Of a stretch of 64,000 nucleotides of DNA, positions 50,601 through 62,208 are shown piece by piece. The position numbers were made by a program, and so were the translations under genes. The first letter of the stretch is position 1, and the number at the start of each line of letters is the position of its first letter. Origin of the DNA: Oculina patagonica (lineage: Eukaryota); NCBI RefSeq assembly GCF_052425735.1, contig NC_135759.1, forward strand, positions 22,444,001 through 22,508,000, read 5' to 3'. The notes under the pieces are model-generated. The model ran no database searches. It was not told the DNA's origin and worked only from the letters and a program-made list of their open reading frames with translations.

Positions 50601-53517
50601 GATCATGAATAGTGGTAAATATCCACCACATTCACCGACACTGAGGTGAATAATTGTTTTAGTATATACCACACAAGTTGAATAACTAGCGGACCAAAAC
50701 ATCACTTTTGGTAAACAAAGCGACGCGCGAAGGCAGTTTGTTTCTCTTTAGCTGCTCGGAGGTGAATAGTACTTTCTAATCACCTCCGGTTAACCACGGG
50801 CGCAAAAAAGCACTATTCACTTTCGTGCCGGTATATACTTAAAGGGAATAATGTGAGGGAAAAGTCCCTTTTCCCGACCCAGGAAGGAAATAGAAGAGGT
50901 CTGCACGCAAGCTATCTGGGATATTTTCAGAACGTGGAACTTGGCTTTGGTCCTTCAAGCCTTCTTGGCCCTTCGTTGTTTTTTTTTTTTTTTTTTTTTA
51001 AGTGTTACTGCCTGCCTTCCTCAGCCAAAGGGACGTTCAGGTTTTTTAGAGGATTTCGTACTCAAATTTCCGGAAGCAATTTTGCTAAAAAGAGCACATT
51101 TTGCGGTTCCTACAGTTCCCAGAAAAGATGTGACGTAGCCCCAATTGCAGCTAAGCGTTTTACATACAGTTGAATCCCGATAACTCGAACCCTCAGTAAC
51201 TCGAACTCCCGCTAACTCAAGCTTTTCTGATTCCCCTTCAGGTCATTTTCTTACAATACCCCAATAACCGAACCCCGATATTTCGAACCTTTTTCGTTTT
51301 CCCTTGAAGGTTGAGTCACGGGATTCGACTTTACCTCAGTTTTGCGCTATAGTGGGAAGACTGATAAGAATGGAAAAATGGTTATCAATTTAACAAATAA
51401 TGCATGCCAATAACTCCGACTTCGACTCCTTCTGATAGAAAGTTATTTAACAGCAATAGCTGGAAGAAAGGAATTTGCAATATCGACCAAAATATAAAAG
51501 TCGAGGTAGGTGTTATCAATCCGGTGAGGTTGACAAGTTTTAGATATTTACTACAGCAGAAACTAATTCAATATACTTTTTTAATAATCATCGATTTACC
51601 GCACCGCCCCCTGATCAACCCTGTTGCTACGCAAATGTGACGAAGCACTCTCCCTATCTCGTGTTTGGAGTATTATATCAACGATGCTGCCTCTTGCAAC
51701 CTACGGGTACATGATTGATTATCTGCTCGCGTCAACTTCGAGAATTTGAATACTAAGTAAAATATATAAACTTAATATGATATTATTGCCACATTCATAT
51801 AGGCCTCGTAAAGCTCTTTTGCTTCTTCGATCTGATATCTCTAGCTCAAGAGTCTACTCGAAATCTGAATAAATCTGAAGTTGATAGAAATAGCGAGATA
51901 AAAACTGAAAAAAAGAAGAACAAAATCAAGTTTAAAACACTTTTCAAATTACCTGTAGCGGAGTACGCTGTTTATAATCCCGAACCTCGAGGCCTGCTCC
52001 ATAGGCAAGGAGTATCTTAAGGCACTGCGATGCCTCGTTTCTCGAAGCAAAGTGAAGTGGTGTTTGTATCTCTCCTTTGGTCGTCAAGTGGAAGTCAGCG
52101 CCATTATCAATAAGGAATCTGACCATCTCTGGATAATCAGCTGAGGCAGCCACGTGTAACGGTGTTCGACCATAATCATCCGCTTTGTTGATATCTGCAC
52201 CTAGACGACCAATTATCATCAAAACATTAATCCTTTTGTCAGCAAAAACAACAAAGTTCAATTTTTTTAAAAAAATAATTTATTTTAATTGAAATAACAC
52301 AAGAAACAACCAGCATCAGATAAAAGAAGCACTGCTCCTTAACTTATTTTATTTGATTAACTAGTTTATTTCATTTTGTTTTTTCAATATTTTACAACAT
52401 TTAATATCATGGCTCTCCACAAACGGAAATGTGCAGTTAGTTTTCGTCAAAACGATGGTGGCACGAAATGGCAAATTTTGAGCTGAATTACATAAGTCGA
52501 GAGATAATGACTTTCTCCAAAGTTCAGTAACTTATAAAAACCGAGAAAACTAAAGATTTTTTGTACTGTATGACTGTTTGAATGTGTGACGGTAGTTGAG
52601 GGGTTAAAAGTATGAGTTGAATATTCAGGGCCAGGGTTGAGCAGATTTGAAAATTGGAAGGTAAGGGGCAAAATATCTGATAACCAAAGTACGTACTTGT
52701 AGTAAATAATGACATTCACCTAACCAGGATTACACGATTTTTGTAAGATAGCGTTCAATAAGGAGAGTGATTATTTTATCGAAAGAGTAGGATGAATCTG
52801 GCTGAACGCCTCACCTTGGTTGATGAAAAACTGCGCAACATCTGTTCCCCAAGTTCTGGACACCTCATGGAGTAAAGTCTGACCAAACCGGTCACTCGTG
52901 TTCACAGAAGCCCCTTCACGTAACAAGGATTGAATATGCTCCAAGTCCAACGAATCATCCACATCAGGAGAACTCGACAGCTTGGCAAAATACTGTAGTA
53001 AGGCTTGGTTCGGATCCTCTGGCTTTTTGATCCCATCTGAATCGTGAGAGGTGTTGTCATTCTTTAGATGTCCACTGCCCTTCTCCCCATTCTCACTTTG
53101 AGGTTTCGCTCCGCTTTCTCCTTCGGTCTCGTCGTTCACTTCGCAGACAAGTTCCAAAATAGCCTCGTACGAATTGTCGTTTCTAGTTATCGTACATGTA
53201 TCGCCAGCGTTTGCGTTTATCTCTTGTAGCATTTTCTCACAGTTTGCCAGATTGCTGTTTCGTCTTTTCATGAAACTGTTCGGTGAAGGTGTTTGCGGTC
53301 GGCATTCATTTTCACTTTGCGGTGATAAAGCATTTGGATCTTGACCCATTGATGAGCTAGATTTTGAGACTTGATCGCGAAACTCAACGGCAGAAAACTG
53401 CACAGGCAAGCCATTTGCTAGTCCATTTGGAACAGTTTGGGGCCCTTGTGAATTATTTTCTTCCTCTTCTCGCTTCTCTTCGTCCTCTAATGGAAAAACT
53501 CTATTTCGACTGACCAT
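47610..53517 (-). CDS. Ankyrin-repeat TRP cation channel (TRPV-like, possibly TRPVL clade), paralog B, about 1063 aa
   Basis: Exons 53517-52815, 52200-51953, 50401-50276, 49724-47610; internal exons 248 and 126 nt as in paralog A. Ankyrin repeats, DLEFCHPRW, GPFVVIL, pore MRYPLVDNY, NLYIALLSNTFQRV, long coiled-coil tail. Confidence 0.92.
51166..51335. mobile_element. pogo/Tigger-like MITE, degenerate
   Basis: tacagttgaatcccg...cgggattcgact with internal taactcgaac repeats. Confidence 0.55.
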
Positions 53518-55257
53518 TTTGGCGAAGAGATTGCTTTCGCTTACACCTGTTTATGAAAGAACGTGCTTTTATTCTAAAATGACAACAACACAGCTCATAG
53601 CGTGATGTTTTCACTTGAGAGAAGACGGATAAAGGGCTACAGAGCGGAACATGCATTAAGTATTTCTTGCTAAGTCATAAACAACACTTCTCAGTGTTTT
53701 GTTTTATGTTTAATAATAGGGTTTATGACGAAAGTATACAAAGGGCGTCATTATCATCTTAGTCATCTTAGACAGTTTATATAGTTACTAACCAACCCGG
53801 CAACCCGGGGGGGGGGGGGGTACTCCCGTAAATATAGGATAGGTATTTGCCGGAAAGTCCTTAAAGCCTGACCCTTTTTAGGGATCGAAATTAATTAATC
53901 GAAAATTGATCAGTAGGCCCAAAACCCCCAAATGACACCCCATTCAAAAGTAAACTAATGCCTAAGAATTATGTGAACAGTTTGTTCTTATTTCTTTTCT
54001 GTAACGTTAAAAGCGGTTTAACGGGTAGTTCAGTTCTGACCAACCATAACTTTTCAGTTTAGCTGGACGTTTACGCGCTGTTATCTTAGCCAATTCATTT
54101 TAAAGGAACTCTATTTAAGGATCACACCGTGATAACAACAGCAAAAGGGGCAAAAAGGATTCCCTTTTTTAAGGAATGAGAACCTAAAAAACCATAACCT
54201 ATTCCGTGTCACAAACCTAAATGGCGCCCCCTCCCTTTCTCCCGCTGAACACAGGCTTTTGTTTAACCGGGTTCAATATCACATAATGAATGACGTCAGC
54301 GCAGTCAATAAACTCACGCCACCAAATTTGAAATTGTTCACTGACACTTCGAGGTTTGAATGCGGATGAGTCAACGGGAACTCAATGAACTTCCCTTGAC
54401 ATAAGGCAAAGCATAGAATATGATATACTGAGAACCTGCGTTTAATACATATCCTTATGAGTGGAGTGGTTGATAATGTGTTGAAGTTAGAGTTCTGGTT
54501 AGTTAATTTACCTAACAAAGAGCTTTCACAGTTGTAAATATTATAATTCATCCTTGACAACGATTGGAATTAGACCAATATAACTGTAACATGGCGACGA
54601 TGTTTAAAACCAATATTTAACAAAAGCTACCAACTTTGTCAAGCGGAAATGTTTTTGTTCGCAAATCTGTTGTGTTTTGTTTACCACGGCCTTATAAAAA
54701 AGCTGAACAGAAGTTGAATTGAGCGTTTTTGTTCATTGCTTATTAAAATCATTCCATCCGCAACCAGTTGTTATGGATCCACCTGATATTCTGCTAGCCT
54801 CCCGGCGCAGACGCTCTTTGGGCTCGTCGCGCGCTCCTCCCACACGATAACGGTGATAACGGTTTGCACGGTCGAACCCGAAACGATATGTTCGATTGTA
54901 TTGTTACTTATTTTCGTGGAAACTTGATTTCGCGAAAATGGAAGAAGCAAATTTTGCAAGACAAATTTATTTCATGAGGTGTTTAAATAGATTTCGCGAT
55001 TTGGCAGAAAAATCGTGTTGAAAGGATCTAAATTTCGTGAAAAGTTTCCAAATGCTGATCCGCGTAAACAAACAGGTACTTCCGAATCGACGCTGCATAT
55101 TTTTATTTTATATAGCAATATTTTTTAAGGATAATGGCCAAAACTTTAAACAGGAGGTTGGCATGAACACGGAAGCTTTAATGCAGGAAAATGAGGGCAA
55201 AGGACACATTATAACCACGTATAGGGAAATAAAAAAAGTTTTATTAGCAGGGTTTGA

Positions 55258-55400
55258 CCGTATTTATTCGATTAAGCGCCCGACATCGAACAAGCTCGAA
55301 TAAGCGTCCACCCTATAGGAAGGAAAACTTAATAAGCGCGCACTCTTAAAATCCAAAAGTTTAAAAAGCGCCCAGGGGCGCTTAACCGAATAAATACGAT
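55258..55400. mobile_element. Short Tc1/pogo-like MITE
   Basis: cgtatttattcgattaagcgcc...ggcgcttaaccgaataaatacg. Confidence 0.6.
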
Positions 55401-55941
55401 ACATTTCATGTCGTTATAATTTTCCTGATAACCTTTTTTCGCAGGTCTTGTATTTCGAATTTTTTACTGCGAGAAAATGAGTAAAAAATAGGGTATTTGG
55501 TTCACTTTTGAGAACGTTCGTTTGCTTTTATATACAGAATTCACACTACACTGTGGTATCACTGACGTAAGTTATGCTAACAGCTTCCCGTTTAGCTTCA
55601 GAGATTTTCAGACCACGAAAAGGAAAAATTCGAAAATAGAATCACCCATGCAATTTCGCCCAGTTTCCATTTAGCGTAACAGGCGCCTAAGCGTCGCTAG
55701 TGAACTTTTTTTTTCTGTACTTCACAAAAGCGAAATATTCAGGGAGAGCGAATAGATCTCTCCGGGCGTTTCTAAAATTTTTGGCCTCTCTGGCTATGGC
55801 GTGAGTTAGGGAAGCGATTGCATACGCGTTTTCTTAGGCTAGCCACGAGAAAACGGTTTTCCTATTGGGAAGGCACCGGATGGAAAGAACGAATTGACAT
55901 TTTATATCCACTGCGTTAAACGCTAAGATGCTGCACATGTT

Positions 55942-56216
55942 CCCGGAGGGGTACTCAACAAAGGAAGGGGAGGCTCCGCCCCGAGCTCCTACCCTTACCC
56001 AATACCATTTTGCCGATGGTTTCGATACCCAAAAGGTACCCCCAACCTGGTGGACCCACGTCCATTCAATAGCGCTCAACTGATAACAGCCAAGATCTGC
56101 CGAAAGGCCCCACCATGACTGATTCCAACCCCGAACCACTGTGAATCCCACCCTTCAACCTGAAGCCGAAGGACCCCCGGGGGAGCCCCCCGAAGGCAGG
56201 GAGACCCCCCCCCGGG
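55942..56216. mobile_element. CCCGG-ended MITE with 8-bp TSD
   Basis: CACATGTT|CCCGG...CCGGG|CACATGTT; related to 31197-31560 and to the terminus at 53804. Confidence 0.75.
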
Positions 56217-57964
56217 CACATGTTGCGAATCAACGCGTACAATCTGTTGGCCTAAACTGAATGTAGATCATCAAGTTTTGAATTATTCAAACAACTGACC
56301 GCTGAGGTCATCCAACTTCCCACTTGAGTCATGACCCAAAGAATTATATTTACTGCGGCGACATTGGATCTCAATTTCATCGCGCACCAGCAAAATCGCC
56401 AGCTAAGCAGGGTCCCTATAATCACTTCTCTTTTTTTCTGAAGAACCTTTCTTCAAACACGTTAAATATCTTTTTTGTCTCTGAATTATTGGAATTGTTT
56501 TACAAAAAAAGGTGGAAAAAATGCTTTTTCCATATAACCTTTATGCTCACAGTTCACAGCTAATACAGAACGATTGGAACCTGAAAAGAACATCACGGTA
56601 TTGTAAAAGCACTTATTATATTTGCCAGTTACGCCCAAAACGCTGTCTCATCCTGAAACCAAAATGCAGGGAAGGGATGGTCCAAAATAGGCTTTTGCAA
56701 TCCCACATCCCGCTACCCTATTGGGCTCTTGTCCCGCCATTCTGCCTAGCTGAGAGTTTTTATCCCGATCCCGCCTGCTCACGTCCCAATTCATCGACTT
56801 TTTCCATGAAGCCTATAAGGATAAGTTTCCTCCGTCCGTTATACGCAAAAGGGAAGTTTATGTTAATTGTTTAGCTTAGTAGCTAGATTACTTTCCTAAG
56901 CTAAGGGAAGACCAACTGTGTGAAGGGCTCCAAGTTGCTTCATAACATGGAAACCGTATTACTGAGCTACGGCTGTGAACGCCACTTATGCCACTAATGC
57001 GATTTTGATACTTTTTCACCTTAGTACTTCAGGCATAGGATTTGTAAAACGAATCGACTGTTAAACCGTAAAGGACAGCTAAATAGAGATGTTATCCCGA
57101 CTAGAAAGTCGACAGCATAAGTAGCTTACTGATGGCCAAACCACTGTCCTCTTCTACAAAACCTTCACCCTCGAGCACACAAGTTTCACTGCCCGATGTC
57201 GTATTCAGTTGCTCAGTTTTTCCTCTAGGGTGGGATTCTGCTGTTTTTGTTACACTAGTCGGGAAACAGTTGATTTTTCTCTACCTGGAGAAAATACTGG
57301 TTGCATGCGCAGTGAAAACAGTTTGTTTGAGCTTTAAAAGAGTTAAAATTGTTAAACAACTTTAGAAGATCTTGAAATGCAAGCTGGTTTTAGACTCTTT
57401 TCCGAAGTCCTGCTAGGATAAATTCCGAGAAGCGAAGCAGCACTGATTTTAACATCGACATAGAAGAAATAAAATTGTGACGAACGACAAGACTTGTGTT
57501 GAAATAGCGACTATGGCGACAGCAAAGAAGAGAATTTTGACAACTTCGGCGAATCTCTCGGTTTCTTAAATGTTCGACGGCGAACTTATGTAGTCACAAC
57601 TCCCCTGCACCATTAACAAGAATTGGTCATTAAAATGTTTCGTAAATACAGCGATCTCTCTAAAGCTTCCCTGATGAAGGGAATTTTCCCAGCAGATTTA
57701 AGGGGCAGAAGCTTCCAGTGGATAAACACAATGGCAACCAACTAACATATTACATTCTGATTAGCAAAGTACAAGCGTATAAGGCAAATTAGCTCAGATG
57801 TCATTGCAGCCGAGCGAGATGCAAACCCACCTTTGAAAAACCGCAGAAGATGAATGCCAGCACACTGAGATACCTGTTGTATGTTATTACACGACCCTCG
57901 AAATATAAACGATTTGTTTGGGAGAACGGTTTATTTCAAAAATGAAAATATCAAATTTGTTGAT

Positions 57965-58530
57965 GCCCGAGAAACTCCTGCTCCTGTGTACTTAGTTTGA
58001 CCACATGAACTTGACATGTGTACATGTACTTAAGATAGTCACATCGTTTTTTAATCTGTCGACAGGAAATCCACGAGAAACTCCCCGGGAGAAACTCCTG
58101 CTCTGTGTACTTAGTTCAGAGTCACGTTTGTTTTGTATGTATATAGGTTGGTCACACGTACTTGGCATGTGTACTTAAGATAGTCGCATTTGTTGACATT
58201 ATCTGTCAACAAATTAAACTGTAGTTTTATCGGCTCTTTCAAAATTCACGAGAAACTCCTGCTTTGTGTACTTAATGTAATGTATATGAAATGATTCATA
58301 TATGAACTGCGGATGTATATGAAAGTGATTAATGATCGTCGCAGTGAATTTCCAATTTAAGCAATTGGAATAAAGAAGCCTGAAAAAAATTCAGGGCTTC
58401 AACGGGAAGCCCTGTTTTTCCTTCTTTATTCCAATTGCTTAAATTGGAAATTCACTGCGACGATCATTTATCACTTTGTGTACTTAGTTTAGTGCATGGG
58501 GAACTCCTGCTTTGTATACCTAAGTTAGTC
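57965..58530. repeat. Degenerate tandem repeat interrupted by a hairpin element
   Basis: gagaaactcctgct..tgtgtactta at about 57970, 58090, 58250, 58500. Confidence 0.65.
58322..58477. repeat. Near-perfect 57-bp inverted repeat
   Basis: aaagtgattaatgatcgtcgcagtgaatttccaatttaagcaattggaataaagaag with its reverse complement at 58421-58477. Confidence 0.85.
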
Positions 58531-59158
58531 ACGTCTCAAATTCAAAGGCTTCGATAGTCACTCTATAAATACATACCGAAAAAGTACCCAATGTTACATC
58601 TTTTCCCCGGTAAAACGACGATATTTCAGCGGTAAACCTCTACGAACCATCCGTGGCCCGAGCTCTTCTACATTTAATCATATGCAATTTGGAACCACGA
58701 AAGCCACTTTATAGGGGAGGTGTATGGAATTTTGTTTGTCTACTCCTCATTCCTGAGCTCATGAATATCAGTTCATCATTGTTCGCACGTGACATTCCTA
58801 ACCCTAAGGACTCTCTAAAGGCGGCGAAATACGAGATTCAAAAACCCTCAACTTGTCGCGCAACATTGTTGCGTTGCTAGTTGAACGAGTTGTTGCCCGT
58901 ATTTCTACCGCGGGCTCAACTTGTCTCGCAACAAATTTCAGTGCTCCAAATTGCAGCAACATGTCGCACAAAGTAGAACCGAGAACACTTTCTACTTTTT
59001 GCAACAATTTTTTTCAACTTGCAACACCGAAATTTGTGGAAGAGAGAGTTCAGGGACTGGACTAACATGTGTAGTGATTGCCGTATTTTGCATCATGCCA
59101 GAAATGCCTAAAACTAAATAAATTGACAGTGTAAAGCTAGAAAGCGTGGTTTATTGCT

Positions 59159-60163
59159 TTTATGAAATAACTATAGAAAACGTAATCAAATAACTTATTC
59201 TCAACAAGTTCATCGAATGACGCGGTAAACCAAGAGAATCCTCTCTTGGGTAAACCAATCACAGCGGCCGAAAGAATAAATCACAGGTTCAGCTCCACAA
59301 ACAAAATCCACAAATCGACGCGACAAAAACGTTTATAAGCTATTTTAAAGCTACGAAAGTCGACATAAGAAAGGAAAGGAAAAAGACAAACTGTCACGGT
59401 ATAAAATGTATTCAACGATTTTAAAGTTCTTTGGCGTGGAAAACTAGCAAATTGTGGCCGGAGTCATTCACTGCGAAAGTAAAAGCAGGTAAAAGACTGT
59501 ACGAAAACTTTGCAAGTTTACAAACTTCACAGACTGACGAAGGTATTGAGAATAAAGGTTAGTTCCACAAACACTTCTTTAGAAATTTGTTCTGAATTTA
59601 TTTAGTCCGTATTCTTTTGTTTTCGCCAAATAACGGACTTGAAATAAAGCACTGAAAGCACGTAAAACTGAAGATATAATTTAAACGCGTACAAGAACTC
59701 AGTGTGAGGTTCTGCCATCAAAATAACTCTAGTTCAAATTCGATCAGTTTTATTTCCTGTTAAATAACATTTCCGAGTTAATGTTGAATGTAACTTATCC
59801 CCATTTTTCCAGTCCAGTGAAAGCGGACTTGTTTATTCTGTTACTTCTCACTCAGTCATTGTCTCTGCGTTTTGTTTTGTTTTTCTCAAGTGCCTTTGCT
59901 CAACTGTTGTGGGCAGGAAAATTCAATTTTGTGATCCATCCTCATACTCAGTAAATTTTCATAATGATAATTTACGATAATTATATATCCTCCGTTTTAA
60001 CCATAAGATAGACCAAAAGAATACATTAAAGTTAATTCTTCGTCCTTATGCGTAATCGAGCGTAGTGCGGCCATGTCGGGACAGAAGCGGGACTTTACCG
60101 GTACAATAGTACATAGGTTTTTGACCAATCAGAGCGCGCGTAGTATCTGAGTTATTTTATAAA
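59159..60163. mobile_element. About 1 kb repeat element with short inverted ends
   Basis: tttatgaaataac...gttattttataaa; 3' end ccaatcagagcgcgcgta resembles repeat ends near 255-295 and 37165-37200. Confidence 0.45.
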
Positions 60164-60211
60164 CTGGAATACGACCTTGTGCTTTTTCTCGATGGTAATA
60201 TAAAAGCATCT

Positions 60212-60240
60212 CTGATTGGCTCACTTAGAAACTATAAAAA
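60212..60240 (+). promoter_or_regulatory. Upstream promoter of RNase MRP copy 1 (reverse CCAAT plus TATA)
   Basis: ctgattggct near -50 and TATAAAAA near -30; conserved in copy 2 at 61863-61890. Confidence 0.65.
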
Positions 60241-60262
60241 AGCAGGACGCGTGATGCACCGT

Positions 60263-60560
60263 GTGCGACACAGTGAAGACTTGCTACGAAGCTACAAACG
60301 GAGAAAGAAGGACTTTTGAGCTCGTTTTGAAAGTTTTACTTCTCAACAACGCTTTGTTGGCTTTGGGGAAAGTCCCCGGACCTGAGGCAGAGAGTGTCAG
60401 TCGTGAAGAAACACGTTTTTCTCGAACCATGAACCGAAGCGAAGAAGCTTCATCGCCGAGCTGGGCAAGGGAAGGACATTTTGTCGAAGCAAAGTTATGC
60501 AAGGTGACATCTGTGGTTGATGTTCAACTTGACGGGGCTTACTCTCACTGTGTCCCACCA
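60263..60560 (+). ncRNA. RMRP: RNase MRP RNA, copy 1
   Basis: GGGGAAAGTCCCCGGACC..GGCAGAGAGTG matches the MRP CR-I and the GARAR loop; 3' ACGGGGCTTACTCTCA (P4 partner, CR-V); P1 helix GACACAGTGA/TCACTGTGTC; TTTTT terminator. Confidence 0.92.
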
Positions 60561-60565
60561 TTTTT
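60561..60565 (+). terminator. Pol III oligo-T terminator
   Basis: TTTTT directly after the P1 3' strand; same in copy 2 at 62209-62213. Confidence 0.7.
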
Positions 60566-61913
60566 AAATCTGAAAAAGTCATTGGTCAACGATTGAAACT
60601 TAAATTCATGATTTGCGCTCGTTGTGATTTGAGTCACGAGAGAGGCGCCACGTGGGCCGCCGATGGCCTAATTTTTTTTTTTGCAAGATTGTCATTACTA
60701 TCCATCTAAATCTTCCTCAGTCTCAGCCATCATGGTTTCTTTTCTGGCTGTTTATACCTTATCAGTGTTTTTCTAACTGAGTAAATGGTTATTTTATGGT
60801 TTGCTTTGGATTTGAAAGTGTAATGACGATTTGTGATAAGTGTGTTACTGCACATCGTGGCAAAAGCGAAGCCATTCCCAAGCGGCAGAAAATCGTGCGG
60901 AATTTGAAATTAACAAAGCTTGTCTAAAAACACAGAATAATTTAATATGCCATGCAAGTTTGCAAAGCGTCGAGTTCCTTTAAAGGCCAAAAAACCTGAC
61001 TTTCCGTCCAAAATTCTTTAAACCGTATGAACGAAACACTCTGAAACTTCGCACAAACCTTTAAAATATAGTGTTCTAGCGCTAGCTTGAAAATTAGGCA
61101 AAACAACTCGACAGCTTTTTACAAGTTGCAATAACATCATTTGTTTGATATTCTCACTATTTCGGCGTATATCATCCAGGACCATCCAGCTTTATTGATT
61201 GCTAAGATTTAAAGTAAATCTCCGATTTTACAATCTTTTACATGCACACAAGTTTTACAAGTGATACCACCAAAATAGCTGTCACATTTAGATGTGGCAG
61301 TTTAGGCGGATATAATTATCATTGGGCAGTTTCAGGAGCTAGAAGTCGCTATTTTGAAAAATTTACGGTAAGAATTATCATGTTACTTGCCGTGAGTGAA
61401 CTTCAACTGTTTGGTTTGCCAACTTGTTTGAGGTCATTAAAATTTTTTTACAGTGGAATAAAAAAAATGCCCATAACCTAGACAAATCTTACTTGATCGT
61501 CACAATTTTTATGATTTTACATTATTTCAGGGTTCTTTTGCCAGCCTTTAAAAATTCTAAAAAAACGCTAAATGTTTTCTTTTTCAAAAATGCGTTTTCA
61601 ACGGGACCCGTCAGATAGAGAGAGATAAAATAAGAGATAAAATAAACTAAAATAACAATAAATTTTTAAAAAAGATAGAACAAGTAAATAAACTAAACAA
61701 AACGCTCGAAATCGCGAAAGAACACCCCCAGGAGAACATCACGACTCTACCTGCCTAAAACTCCTAAAGCCAAGCAACAGGAGAAGAAAGAACTGGGAAC
61801 AAAGTGGAATAAGACCTTGTAATTGATTGGTGCGTTTTCTCAATGCTAATATAACAGCGTCTCTGATTGGCTCACTTTGAGACTATAAATCCGCAGGACG
61901 CGTGATGCACGTT

Positions 61914-62208
61914 GTGTGACACAGTGAAGACTTGCTACGAAGCTACAAACGGAGAACGAAGAGCTTTTGAACTCGTTTTGAAAGTTCTTCTTCTCAACAA
62001 CGCTTTGTTGGCTTTGGGGAAAGTCCCCGGACGTGATGCAGAAAGTGCCAGTCGTGAAGAAGTACGTTTTTCTCGAACCGTAAGCGAGCGAAGAAGCTTA
62101 TCGCCGAGCTAGGCAAGGGAAGGACATTTTGTCGAAGCAAAGTTATGCAAGGTGACATCTGTGGTTGATGTTCAACTCAACGGGGCTTACTCTCACTGTG
62201 TCCCACCA
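61914..62208 (+). ncRNA. RMRP: RNase MRP RNA, copy 2
   Basis: Same conserved boxes (GGGGAAAGTCCCCGGA, GCAGAAAGTGC, ACGGGGCTTACTCTCA), P1 helix, TATA and TTTTT; part of a duplicated block of about 650 bp (60165-60815 vs 61805-62468). Confidence 0.88.

Noticed and set aside
57665-57700. Hammerhead ribozyme core (CTGATGA plus stem); also ctgataa at about 56080
   Set aside because: The required GAAA and flanking stems are not correctly placed
57965-58530. CRISPR-like repeat-spacer array
   Set aside because: Eukaryotic context, degenerate repeats, spacers related to each other, no cas genes
60261-60596. Duplicated ORF MCDTVKTCYEATNG (also 61912-62112)
   Set aside because: Non-ATG starts, frame not conserved between copies; it overlies the RNase MRP RNA
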